A stretch of DNA of 64,000 nucleotides from Podarcis liolepis. Lineage: Eukaryota. The stretch's first letter is position 1; each line of letters starts with the position of its first letter. The stretch lies in NCBI GenBank assembly GCA_965112155.1, contig OZ218098.1; one strand, 5' to 3'. Below are positions 25,740 to 38,302 of this stretch, one piece after another. A program made the translations under genes and the position numbers. The notes under the pieces were generated by a model. The model worked only from the letters and a program-made list of their open reading frames with translations. It did no database searches and was not told where the DNA came from.

Positions 25740-26589
25740 TCTTTTCTGATGAGAGCAGCTTTTGCATCTCATTTGGAAACCAAGGACCCAGAGTCTGGAG
25801 GAAAAATGGGGAGGCACACAATGCCAGATGCTTGAAGTCCAGTGTGAAGTTTCCACAGCCTGTGTTGATTTGGGGAGTCATGTCATCAGCTGGTGTTGGT
25901 CCACTGTGCTTCATTGAGTCCAGGGTCAACGCAGCCGTCTACCAGGAGATTTTGGAGCACTTCATGCTTCCTTCCGCAGACGAGCTTTATGGGGTTGCTG
26001 ACTTCATTTTCCAGCAGGACTTTGGCACCTGCCCACACTGCCCAAAGTACCAAAACCTGGTTCAATGCCCATGGGATTACTGTGCTTGATTGGCCAGCAA
26101 ACTCGCCTGACCTGAACCCCATAGAGAATCTATGGGGCATTAACAAGAGACAGATGAGAGACATGAGACCGAGCAATGCAGAAGAGCTGAAGGCTGCTAT
26201 TGAAGCATCCTGGTCTTCCATAACATCTCAGCAGTGCCACAGGCTGATAGCATCCATGCCACGCCGCATTGAGGCAGTAACTGATGCAAAAGGGGTCCAA
26301 ACCAAGTACTGAGTACATATGCATGCTTCTACTTCTCAGAGGTCCAATACTGGTCTATTTGCAATCCTTGTTTTGCTGATTTCATTTAATATTCTAATTT
26401 TCTGAGATTGTTAATTTGGGGTTTTCATCAGCTGTATGCCATGATCATCATAATTATAACAAATAAAGGCTTGGCATATCTTGCTCTGCATGTCATGAGT
26501 CTATCTCATATATTAGTTTCACCTTTTAAGCTGAATTACTGAAATAAATGAACTTTTCCACGATATTCTAATTTTCCAAGTTTCACCTG
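25740..26589 (+). mobile_element. 5'-truncated Tc1 transposon: DD34E transposase pseudogene plus right end
   Basis: FSDES motif near 25743, then VKFPQPVLIWGVMSSAGVGPLCF...FQQD; a +1 frameshift (gac tttggca); then LAPAHTAQST...DWPANSPDLNPIENLWG...MPRRIEAV...TKY* ending 26312; 34 residues between the second D and E; ends ...TTTCACCTG|TA. Confidence 0.93.
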
Positions 26590-26663
26590 TATTTATATTT
26601 CTTTGCAATTATACTCGCTTTTCCTCCCTGGGAGCACTCAAGAGATGTCACTTAGACAGTAAA

Positions 26664-26948
26664 TGTGGAATCCCTAGACTTGTCTCTCAGAGCTACTGAG
26701 CTCAGGATAAGGACAGGGACTTGTCCACTTCAACAAGAAAAACTAATAAGCCCAAAGGGATGTGAGAGGTGTGAAGGATACGTGGCTTACTGTGTGGGCA
26801 GAGGTGCCATTCAGCCAACTACATCACAAGTTCATGGGGATGCTGGTAGACAGGTATATATATATCACAACCTACTGCAGGTTAATTAATGAATAAAGTT
26901 GTATCTCTTATTTAATCTGAAATCTAGTGTTTAGTCTCCTTATTTTCA
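26664..26948 (+). mobile_element. Possible short solo LTR
   Basis: TG...CA ends with TATATATA then AATAAA in LTR-like order; no clean TSD. Confidence 0.3.
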
Positions 26949-27135
26949 AATGTTTGTGCAGTCTACTCAAGTAGATCCTTATTTGAAAGGAAACCTGAAG
27001 TGGATTAGAACATATAAAAGGACTAAATGCTTAGAAATCCATAATAATAACCATCATTCCTTTATATTTTATCCCCCCACTTAACAGCCCCTTTAAAGCA
27101 CAACCGCAGATAAATATGAAAATTATTTGTCTTAC

Positions 27136-27217
27136 CAGTTGCTGGCCTTGTACACCCCATGCTGCATACTGTAAAACTGAATCCTCTACCTCCGGAGGGT
27201 TTAACTCCCAAACTTCC
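27136..27217 (-). CDS. DPP10: DPP10 coding exon (approx. exon 7), 82 bp
   Basis: ttttttcaag|G GAA GTT TGG...CAA CTG|gtaaga; translates (R)EVWELNPPEVEDSVLQYAAWGVQGQQL. Confidence 0.96.
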
Positions 27218-27299
27218 CTTGAAAAAAGGTAAACATTTTACTTGAACACATTTGCACCATTACATGGCACAGAACAGCATCGATATAACACCATCTTAC

Positions 27300-27352
27300 C
27301 TCGTACGTATGTTATATATCACATATGAAGCCGTATACGAGTAATGAAAAAC
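27300..27352 (-). CDS. DPP10: DPP10 coding exon (approx. exon 6 by human numbering), 53 bp
   Basis: Minus strand ttttacag|GTT TTT CAT...ACG AG|gtaaga; translates VFHYSYTASYVIYNIRT(R), matching recalled DPP10 IFHYSYTASYVIYNIHTR; phase joins the next exon. Confidence 0.95.
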
Positions 27353-28966
27353 CTGTAAAACAAGGAGAAAAAGTAGACATGAGCACCGTCATGGGATACA
27401 TTTGGAAAACTTGGGGAGAAGAAAACTTTTATTCATGATGTTAGATATCCCATTGTCTAAATTGACATGGCAGGCTTGCATAAGTGGGCTTGGTCTGCGC
27501 TAAGCTGTGCTATCTTTAGCTGTTAGTACTCTTTGTTCCAGTTCACAAGTACCGGTACATGTTTATTGTCACTTAATGAGTATAACACCATTCAGTGACA
27601 TGCATCTTTGAATATGCACCACAGATCAAATACTAAAGATTGAACTTTCAAACATTATCATGAGCACAATACTTCCCAGTGGAATCATACATTCAGCTGA
27701 GTTATGAAGCATTAAATAATCACGAAAAGAGAAGTCAAGAGAGGTACTTGCATGTGTGTGAATACGGTCAGGATAAAGTGTCACTGGAGACCACATGATT
27801 TTTGTGCTGAATTGTAGCCTAGATTTTTTTTTCTTGTTCGTGCAGTTCAAACAAATAAACACAAACACCCTTGGGATCTCAACATCCATAATTCTACCTT
27901 TTAAAACATTTTTTAGTTCTAAAACCACTATGAATCATGCCTGCAAAACTGCAGTAAAGATAAATAACTGCCCTTGGAAACCTGCTGCTTGTACTTTTGA
28001 TTCAGAATAATTATTTTATCCAAACATATTTGGCTAGGGGGAAAAACCCATTTGTTACACTGAATTCTTACTAATTATAATAAGGTTTTCCAAAGCTTAA
28101 TCTAAATTTCAGCTGAAGCAGGGAACTACAACCACAAATTAATAAGGACAATACTCCATCAAAACTATTTCTGTAGACCAACAAACTAAAAATAATTCCT
28201 ATATGAGATGTTTTCAAACCTACAGGCACATTATAAATTAAGTACTTCAAATATTTTCCCCAGAATGTTGATATGTAAGCAGCATTTAATAAAGCACAGA
28301 ACTGTATTAGCATTCAATTAAAATAGAGGCTAATATATGCAATACATGGACAGCTCAGAACAACTACAAAAAAGAAGACACTCAAATTTCTGGAATGAAA
28401 CTCTAGATACAATTTCCCACCTTACCTGGAAATTCCCAAATTGCACCCAAGCACAGTGAGGGTGGGAAACACTGCTGTTTGACTTCAAACAAGCATGGCT
28501 GTACAGCCACTGCAGCAACGAGAAACAGCTGGGTTGGAATGTGGACAAGCCCAACTTCAGGTGGGTAATTGGCTTCAGATTGGCTTCCCAGGGGAGGGGA
28601 GGCAGGCCTGGGAGTGGATTAGCTTTTCTCTGGTTGGCTCATGGTCTAGTAAAATAGGCAGAGCCCAGTGTGATAAAGACTTCGCCAGTCTCCTTCCCTA
28701 GTTACAGAGGTTGTACTTTGTTTTTGTTTATCTGGTTCATTTTGCTATTTTGCTTGCTCCTCAAGATACACTGTGCTATGGTATTAGTCAGACACTGGTT
28801 ACTTTTACCTGTGGGCTTTTTGCATTCCTTACAACAACAGTGCTATATGATATTGATATATATTTTTCTTTCACAATTTCCCTTAGCAGTAGAGGCATTG
28901 GCCAAGATCTATTGTTGAGTAAAGCAAGGGATCAGCTCCCCGCTCCCCAGTGGAAGATCTTAAAGG

Positions 28967-29102
28967 CAGTGTTTCTCAAACTTGGGTCTCTAGCTGTTTT
29001 TGGACTACAGGTCCCATAATCCCTCACCACTGGTCCTGCTAGCTAGGGATGGTAGGAGTTGTAGTCCCCAAACAGCTGGAGACCCAAGTTTGGGAAACAC
29101 TG
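28967..29102. mobile_element. Palindromic hAT-type MITE
   Basis: Near-complete inverted repeat CAGTGTTTCTCAAACTTGGGTCTC...GAGACCCAAGTTTGGGAAACACTG; imperfect 8-bp TSD CTTAAAGG / CCTTAAGG. Confidence 0.82.
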
Positions 29103-29364
29103 CCTTAAGGGATAGTGGGATGTTGCCTTGTGCTGGGTTGCAGCACTCCCAAGCTGCCTGGGACTAGACTATGCTGATGGGGGCCTATATACTTCAGCCC
29201 ATGAGCTAGGGGCCCTGGACACTGGACAGCAAGGGGGCTGCACAATGAATGGATCTTGCACTCTGCCATGGTTGTTGTAACCAAAATAAAAGTTGCGGCA
29301 TTGTTCAACCCATCAAAGCCTCTGTCATTTACTGCTCTGACACCCTATTCTGGACACGCAAACA

Positions 29365-29525
29365 TCAACACAGGAGCTCAAGGTGGTATAGATGCTTCTC
29401 TCCCCACACCTCCATTTTATTCTCACAAACAATCCTGGTTGGCTGAGAAACACTGACTGGTCCAAGGTCACCCAGTGGGCTTCATGCCTCAGTAGGAATT
29501 TGAACCCAGGTCCAGCACTCTAACT
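29365..29525 (-). mobile_element. tRNA-derived SINE (MIR/CORE-like), minus strand
   Basis: CATTTTATTCTCACA...CCAAGGTCACCCAGTGGGCTTCATG...GGAATTTGAACCCAGGTC (reverse B box); related to the SINE at 33636. Confidence 0.62.
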
Positions 29526-30685
29526 GGCAGTCCAACAACTAAAGTAAGTAAATTTTTATTTATACCCTGCCCTCCCCAGCCAAGATGGGGCTCAGGGCAG
29601 CTAACATCAAATGTCAAATACATTAAAACACAAACAATTGATTAAAATACAGCTTAAAAATTAGAATCAGGATAAAATTAAATGACTGCCCAAGAAATTA
29701 CAACCATAGGGGTCGGGAACCTCAAGTATGCATCAGTGCCAGCTATCTATGTATGCAATTATGCTAACGAACTGGAGTTCCAATGACATTCTGTGGCAGG
29801 CTTTAAAGTCATCGTCTTCTTTAAAGTGGTGTGATACCAACATAAAGCCACTGAATTTGAAATTAATTAGTTTAAGTAAATGTTCATTATAAGAACCCCA
29901 GTCTGTGTGGAAACTGGTTCGTCCCCACATGGTGAGGAGAGCACAGTGTCGAATGAGACAACATGTTGGTGGGGCAATCATTTGGGTCAATGGAATGCAA
30001 AATAGCATGGGAGGACGTTAAAGGTTCAATGACAAAGACCAAGTGTACTCACTTGATCATGCCCACACGGTTGCTGCTTTCAAATGAACTCTCAAGTCAT
30101 ATGGAAAAAACATCATGGAAAAACAACTCCAGCTATCATAGAAAAGCAGCCATACTTGCAAGGATGACTGCAGGTATGATTTAACAGGTAATTAGTACAG
30201 TATCATCAGTAATATAAATATTAAAGTCAAAGAAAGATTACATGCATAATTTAATATGGTGATCTTTCTAGGTTTAAATGTGGAAATCAGAAACTTACTG
30301 TATTTACAATAACATACATTTGCATGTTTATATTTAGTATTTCTAAAAGGCTGCTATTGTGTTGCCAACAACTTATATTTTAAAAAGTATTAGTTGTCAA
30401 ATGTGCTTTAGAATAAATTATATTTTATATACATGCAGTAAGGTATTCTATATTCCATTTAATTAATCTGCATTTATGTTTAGTGAAAAATCTTTTAAAT
30501 ATTTATGAGGCTTTTGCTGAAAGTACCACTTATAAACTAAAAAATGCAGATTTTATAGATATCTTAGAATTACACTTCAGCCCTCAGTGTGAACAGTTGT
30601 TTATTTCAAAGCATTACTACAATAATTAAACAAAGTCAAGGTGCCTCCTTTTCATGGTGTCATACTGAATATAGGGTTACAGTAC

Positions 30686-30763
30686 CCTATGCATTGCAGG
30701 GGGTTAGACTAGATGAACATTGGGGTCCCTTCCAGATCTACAATTCTAAGATTCTATGATTCT
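30686..30763 (+). mobile_element. CR1 extreme 3' end
   Basis: GGGGGTTAGACTAGATGA...GGTCCCTTCC...ATTCTAAGATTCTATGATTCT octamer tail. Confidence 0.78.
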
Positions 30764-33663
30764 GTACTTCACTGATACACACAAAGAAGGCATCAAACCT
30801 TTCTGTTGTATTTGCAAATAACTTCACTAAATACAAAGAGTGTTTATCTAATTAGAGGTTCAGTAGTAGGTGTAAAATGGACAGACAGATGTGTTATAGA
30901 AGTAAGAAGCTATTAGCTGCTGATGCAAAAAGGAATAAAAGAATTATAACATTTCCCTGCAGTTTTGTTTAATATATATATATATTGTGATGATATTTTT
31001 TATTTTCAGTCAGTTAAACAGAGATTACCAAATCTGTATCTTAAGGCACTTCAACATTTGTAGTAGACACCCACTCTCAATTTCTCTACCCTTTGATTTC
31101 ACTCGATTACAAGCACCTTTAATCTTTACCCAGGCAACTCAAGTGCCCTGATCACATCCTCTATATCTGTTGCTTAGCCTCTGATCCAATTTCCCTGTTA
31201 TTTGATCTCCATTGACTTGTGACATGCAGCTGACGCTTGCTTATTCCATTCCGGTAGCAGACCCATCCGTGTTGTTCAGTCACCTAGCAGTACCAAAGAT
31301 GAAGACAACCATAACAGTCTACAGAAACAATCCTGTAAACTTTGGAGTAAATCCCATTGGACACAATGGGGCAAATTACATTTCCCTAATACCATACTAA
31401 AAGGAATTAGCAACCCCTCAACAGACAACCTTAGAATAAAAGAATATACAAATTTATTATAGAGAAAGAGAAAGATTGATTGATTGGCAGGCAAGTCCTT
31501 AAATAAAAGATTTGTGACTGCTCAGCAACCCTAAGAATAATTTCAAGGTTCTTGGAAGAAATAAACATGTCCTAAGGCCAAGTGGAGGGAGATAGATATC
31601 AGGTGGTGTCTTGTACAGGGGTGTTGGACATATTTCAGCCTGAGGGCAGTATTTCTTGGGTTAGGTGGGCAGAGCTGAAATTGTAAATTAGCCACAAACT
31701 AAAATTAGCGTATCTGAAACTGCTCCCAAACTCAGCAATTTACAGTTTCATAAACACCCTGACCCCAGAGGATCCCAAACTAGCACTCCAGTTTTATAAA
31801 ACTCAGCATGGGTTGAAACATTCCTGTTTCAGCAAATGTCATTGATGGAGCTGCAGGAGATGCCAAGGTACCAATTAATCCTGACTCGGTGGGATTGCAA
31901 ATTCTGCCTCTGATCTGAAATCATTATACAGAATACAGAATCAAACATAAACACATGATCACAAAGGAAGCATTATCAGCCCCCCCCCATGATTCAAGTT
32001 TCCACTATCAATTTTTCCACATAACTGTGGTGAAAGAATTGCACCTGAAAATCTACATATGTAAGTGCTGATGGGATATGATACTGTTCCATTTTTATAA
32101 TGATACGAAGAAGAGTAACTTCTTAATGATATATTTTGAGTCTAACATGAAAGAGGCAATGAAACCCTTTGGTATTGGCTTAGAAAACTAGACTCCTACA
32201 CCAAGGACAAAATACCCACCCACATCTCAAAATTTTATTGGCCCATTCCTTTCCTACAACAAAGCAATATTCTATACTTACTCAGCTTTAACTTATAGAT
32301 ATCTGACACTGCTAAGATTGCAGTATAAAGAAAATAGAATCAGTACTTAATTTGCCCAGAAAATTTTCAAGCAGCAATAAAAATGACTTATTTTTTTCCT
32401 TGTTCTGTCTAAGGGAGAACTGTAGCTTTCCTGTTACTAAAACATCTGATGCAGTTAATAAATTGAAATTAGTAGCAGCATGTCAGTTGCCTATGGCAAT
32501 GTAGAACTGATAGATAGTAAGAAGAAAATCTCCACTCCAGTTCACAGTGCATCTACTAAATAAATTAGTAAGACCATCAATAAAGTTTAAATTCATTTTA
32601 TGTTGAAGCACCATTATCAATATAAGATGCAGTCCTTGGCTTGGTAGACTCATTGGGGCAAATAGTCCCATGAATCTCCAAATGTTGGGTTCTAGAGAGA
32701 CACACATGCACTCCTTTGGTGAACCTGAGAATTCTCATATGGATATTGGTTTCCAATGCCATGACTCTCATCAGCAAGGAAATAATGTATGAAGTTCTAA
32801 GACTTAAAATTGATAACCAAGAGATTTAATGCCATATACCTTGCCAGAGAGAATGCATGGGCCCTAAACTGAAGCTGGCATTTTTTATTTTGCCTGTTTC
32901 TAATAATTTACATGCTTCCAAATTAGATTTGTAGGCAGTGCTCAATAGGATGCTTGCATTTAAATGCCACTGGTCTGGAAGCTCCTTAGTATTTCCTAAT
33001 TCCCCATGGAGTACAGTCACAAACATACTGCTCCCTGCATGTCTTGTTATTAGGCTTATTCACCAGTCTTCAAGCTGTTTGTTTCTGTACCAACTGGAAG
33101 CTTTCAGAGAACTCAGAGTTTCTTGTATTGGGCAATAGACATAAAGCAGCATACAGAAAAGTTCATTGTGTTACATTCACTGAATTGAATTCCACTCAGG
33201 ATGCTCCCCTTAACAGAAAGAGGGGAGGAAGTTTCACCAAGTTCCCCTTTCTCCTGCCACCTCAGCATCACACTATTTCAGAAGCATCTTCTGGAGAAGA
33301 CATTCAATAATATAGGGAGCTACAGGGAAGGCACTCAACAAAAATAGCCTCCCTCTCCATTCTGCTAATAGAGTTTATCAGACAGATCAAAAGCCTTTCA
33401 TGGATGAAAGCCCTTCCATTTGTGGAGAACAAAGTCTGGATTCAACCCATTGGGCTCCAGTGTACTGCAGGTAGGGTCTCATTCATATTTCTATACTGAA
33501 AAACATAAAATGTAAGTTATTTTATCTAACTGGGGAGGTGATTAGCTACATTAGCCCATTACATACTATATTGTCTCAATCCACCTAGAACAGAATGCAT
33601 GAACTAAAAGAGTTTTGAGGACCTTTTTTCAAATAGAGAGCTACCATGGTGTAGTGGCTAGAT

Positions 33664-33829
33664 CAGAACTTTCCAAACTGTGTGTCACAACACGTTAGTG
33701 TTAGCTCATCCCAAGGCTGGAAAAGGATCAATTTAACCTCTGGTTTGCTAGTAAAACTGAATTACTGTGTCATGAAATGATGCATGTCTGAAAAGTGTGT
33801 CACCAACATGAAAAGTTTGGAAAACTCTG
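33664..33829. mobile_element. hAT-type MITE
   Basis: TIRs CAGAACTTTCCAAACT / AGTTTGGAAA(A/G)CTCTG; 8-bp TSD GGCTAGAT (33656-33663) / GGCTAGAG (34118-34125). Confidence 0.78.
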
Positions 33830-33830
33830 G

Positions 33831-34097
33831 AAATTAAGAGAACACTGTAAACAACTAAAAACCCTGGCAGTATTTGAGTAATGCTTATAATGTATGAAAA
33901 AACATGGAAAAATGGATTGCTATTCTTTTAACAAATTATAGAAAATATGATAAGCAGTTGGAAAAAAAGATTGATAATGGTAACCATGGAAGGGCGGTGG
34001 GAAGTCAAAGGATTCAGGGAATCCTAAATGAAGAGGTGAATGATTTGTTTGAATTTAAATTTGTTATGTAAAATATATTTTTAAAAAGGGCAAAAAA
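33831..34097 (+). mobile_element. L1-like LINE 3' fragment with 21-bp TSD
   Basis: Flanked by GAAAAGTTTGGAAA(A/G)CTCTGG at 33810-33830 and 34098-34118; short ORF end REHCKQLKTLAVFE*, UTR and degenerate A-tail. Confidence 0.65.
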
Positions 34098-37000
34098 GAA
34101 AAGTTTGGAAAGCTCTGGGCTAGAGTGTTCAACTAAATCCAGGGAAACTGAGCTTCAAATATCGCTCAGAGCAAATATCGCTAAGCTCATGGAGTGATCT
34201 TGAGGAAGTCAATTTCTCTCAGTCTGAGCTACCTCACAAGATTGTTGTGATGATAAAATGGATAATGGAAAATCATGTATGTCCTTATGACCTTACATAG
34301 CATATTGGATATAACACTGCTTGCTTTATATTTAATTTCAATTCCTGAATCCAGATAATTGGTTAGCTGCCTGGTTTGGAAGTGGTTGTACTCTCCCTGA
34401 AGTATTGTTTGTTTTGAGAACTATTTCATTTACTAATAAGCAGCACTCAGAATTGCAATACAAAGATCACACAAATAATCCTCTTAGAAACTGTTAGAAG
34501 TTTCAACATAAGAATGAAATTAGAAGATCAAATTATTAAGGGACCAGTTCACTATCGGCCAGTAATATATTCATCTCATTGAGTAAAACAAGATGGCATC
34601 AGTACGAATTACTAGCAGATCAGTTGGAGTGTGGCACTTCTGATATTGTTTGCTATTCAAGAATTCCTTCTTATGAATAGCACCCAGCCAATAGTTACCC
34701 AGCCTAGCAAAAAGAATCAATATGCTTTGAATTAGAAAATCAGGGATAAGAACATTGAAACAGAAAACACTGCAAGAAACAGACTATTTTGCTTTTCTCT
34801 GCCATTTTGTCTACTGATTCAATTTGATGGCCTAAAAAGTGCAAACTAGCAGTTTTTTTACCTTCACTTCCAGGAATTTATAAAGTTATGTGGGTTCCTA
34901 CAGAAGCATTATTGGGTGTCTTAAAGCACAGCACCAGTTCGAAAAGAAAAGAAAGAAGAGAGGTGATTCCAAACAGATACAATGAAGTTAAATGACAAGG
35001 TCATAACCTCCTAAAGCATCACATTTATTTTATTCAATCAACATCAATTACTTGTCATGATTGATGGCAACTATTGCATATCATTGGACAGAATTTATGG
35101 ATAGTATTAACACTTTTGGCTGTGAAATATTGCTACCATAACAACGATATGCTGCCAAGCCAAAATAAATATAAGAGAGGGAGATTTCTAGACATCTAAT
35201 TCATCTAACAAGAAAAAAGGCTGTCAACCAAGACTAAACAAAAAAAGCACATCTAGAAAATCTGCTTAGGCTTATGCTGCACTACTTATCATTTTTCATT
35301 AAGATTAATTATCTCATGAAAAAAGTCATCTTCTTTGGAGTGTTAATTAATTCACAATCAATTAAACTCAATGCAGCTAACCAAAAGTTCAAATGTGATA
35401 CACACTGCAGATGAATACTATTTTAGAGAAACCCAACTATGCTTGCTACTATTTCTACAAGCATTGAGATCCCTAGTCCTGTATTTGAACACATATTTCA
35501 ATCATTTCTCTTTTAGTACCTAACCATTTGAGATGAGTGAATTACTCAAAAAATGTTTCCCATTACCACATTTGAAAGCGTCATATATCACTGTCAATGG
35601 AAATTCTTTTACTACATTATCTTGTAAAAAAAATGCCTCTTTTGGAGTCTTTGCAAGAAAAATAAAACCAAACCATAAAATATGGAAATAAGTTTAATGT
35701 CAAGTGATATAAGAAGCACCGCCCATGACAACATTCACAGGTGTTGTTCACAAATTACTTTCTAGCAGAGATGGAGATTTTGTTCAGTCTAAATTTTTCA
35801 GTGAAACAACCTGATGATGATGATGATGATAAATATTGAGACCATATTTAAGAAGTTCAACTTTTGTTAATCATTCAGTGTAGCACTAATTAAAGTGATT
35901 GTAATGAGAAAAGGTTCTAATTCTAGATCATCACTTCCCTTTCCTCCCTACCACAAAATGTGACGGAGTACAAATTGCAGGGAGAGGAAGAAATCCCCAT
36001 AGAGTGAAAATAAGGAACAAAAGCAGCAGCAAAACAAGAAGCATTCCCTCTAGAAATTCAATAGATAAAGAAAACAGAGTTGTTTGATTGCAGCAAGAAA
36101 ATGAAGATACTGTACAAGTGCAAGTTGTGAGAAAGCATGAGGATGCCAGAGTCACATATGCTAGGAAGGGAAAAGTATAGTAGGGAAGGGGGAAAGTCGA
36201 GTGACAACTTGCATGAGAAGGGTCAGAACTTCAAGGGGATGAGTTACAGGGTAGGAGGCAGCAGAAGGAGCTATGTGGATGTGATAACCGAAGCACACAC
36301 ATCACAGGAAAAAGCTGCAGTATCCCAAGAAAGAAGGCTGCCTGCAGCACATGGAGCATCATCCTGTATCTATAGAGAATAAAGTCAGAAAGCCAGTAGC
36401 AGCCAGCCAGTCCATTTGCACCCACCAACCTCCCCGTTGCCTCCCTTCCCCTTTCAAGTAAGCTGTAGTGGTAGAATCACCCAGAGCTCACTATGCCATC
36501 CACTACTGCATGAAGCGGAACCAGAAAAGAACTTGCTCTATTCCTCTTCCTTTGATCGACAGTCTTCAAATATCTTACACCTGGCAATGAAACATAGTAC
36601 AGATTATGAGCACAATCATTTCCCATTCCCAACAGCAGTGCTCTGTGGAGTGGCAGGACCACATAGAAAGTGGGGTAGCAGGACCATTGGGTTTGATGCC
36701 GTCACATGACAGCACTGTGACCAGCTCAGGAGCTAATGGATTTCAAATTGGCTCTGCCCATCTCTCTACCAGACTTTTAATTGCTCCACTTCAGGGCCAT
36801 CTGCTATCACTGGTTTGCATTCTGCCAACAGCACTCCTGTCCACCCACCCATTTGACAGCTGGAAGGGTGAGTGTGTGCACCAGCAGCCTGCAGAGGGCC
36901 CGCTTAGGCAGGAGAACTGGGTGGAAGGACACTCCACCCCAAGCCTGGTTTAATGAGGAGGAAGGTTGGATTGTTCACTAACAGAGGAGTTTGAATAACA

Positions 37001-37671
37001 ATGGTATTTTGAGAGGAACTCCTCCACACTATTTTACCATACTTTAACAACCCCAATTGCCTAATGTAAGGAAAAGCTGTTTTAATGATTGCCTAACCTG
37101 CATTGCATAATGACAAGTATGAAAACGTTGGCATTAAACCATATGGTTGGTTGTAAAATCAGAAGACGGATGTATCATTTATGTTAATCTGGAATAAGTG
37201 GGAATATGATTTTGCTAATTACCATCATGCCAGCTCAAAGAAGGATCAACATCAGGCATATTGCTCATATATTTAGAATAAATTGTAATAGTGCTGGTAT
37301 CATTAACCAGGACTCTGGTTTATCCATTATAAAGATTATTTTCATGACAGTTTACATAATAGCGGAGAGATTAAATTATAAATTTCAAAATATTATTAAG
37401 ATCATATTTATTGACTAATTCCTGGTAATAAGCTCTAAAATGACCCTTCTAGAGATGAACCAGGGTTAATTTCCAATATCTTACTCTCTTTGTGGTTCCA
37501 GATTAATTTAAATATAATTACTCCAGCTTCTTGGGAAATACTAAGGAGCTTCCAGACCAGAGCTTCTTGTCTCACAACCAATAATATGGATTAAATTAAA
37601 TGTTTCTATACTAAAATTAAATAATAATATTAAAATGATATGGATTGTTTTAGTTGTTAAAATACATGCCT

Positions 37672-38302
37672 TCTGCAACTACATTTGGGATACCATGCAC
37701 AGTTCTGCTCACCTCACCTGAAAAAAGGATTTTGTGGAGTTGGAAAATGTTCAGAAAAGGGCAACCAAATTGCTGAATTGGATGGAGCAACTTCCTTACA
37801 AGAAAAGGTTCCAGCATTTGAGACTTTTTTGGTTTAGAGAAAAGGTGAGTAAGAAGTGACATGATAGAAGTTTAGAAAATTATACATGGTATGAAGAAAG
37901 TGGATAGGGAAAAGTTTTGACCCCTCTCCATAACCCTAGAATCCTTTAACATTCAATGAAGCTGAATGCTGGAAAATTCAGGACTGACCAAAAAACAACA
38001 GCCACAACAACCTCCTTATGCATGGAACTTGCTCCCACAAGAGGCGGTGGTGGCCACCACCTTGGATGGCTTTAAAAGAGGATAAAGTTATCAAAGGCTA
38101 CACTCTTTCTCCCTGGATGGAGGCAGCATACTTCTGAATACCAGTTGCTGGTAAATGGAGGAGGGGAGGATGCTCTTGTGGTCAGGTCCTGCTTGTATGT
38201 TTCACACAAACCTCTGCTTGGCTACTGTAAGAACATGATGCTGCACTAGATGAGCCATTGGCCTAATCCAGCAAGCCCTTCTTACGTTTTTAGGTGTTCT
38301 TA
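37672..38302 (+). mobile_element. CR1 LINE 3' fragment
   Basis: Degenerate ORF2 C-terminus (PHLKK..VELENVQKRATK..MEQLPYKKR) followed by a CR1-type 3' UTR and short tandem tail; boundaries approximate. Confidence 0.82.

Larger units (their letters stand above)
33636..34261 (+). mobile_element. tRNA-derived SINE interrupted by a nested hAT MITE and an L1-like fragment
   Basis: A-box-like TGGTGTAGTGGCTAGA at 33647 continues after the inserts as GTGTT...CTTCAAATATC (B-box-like)...CTACCTCACAAGATTGTTGTGATGATAAAATGG (CORE/MIR-like). Confidence 0.65.
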
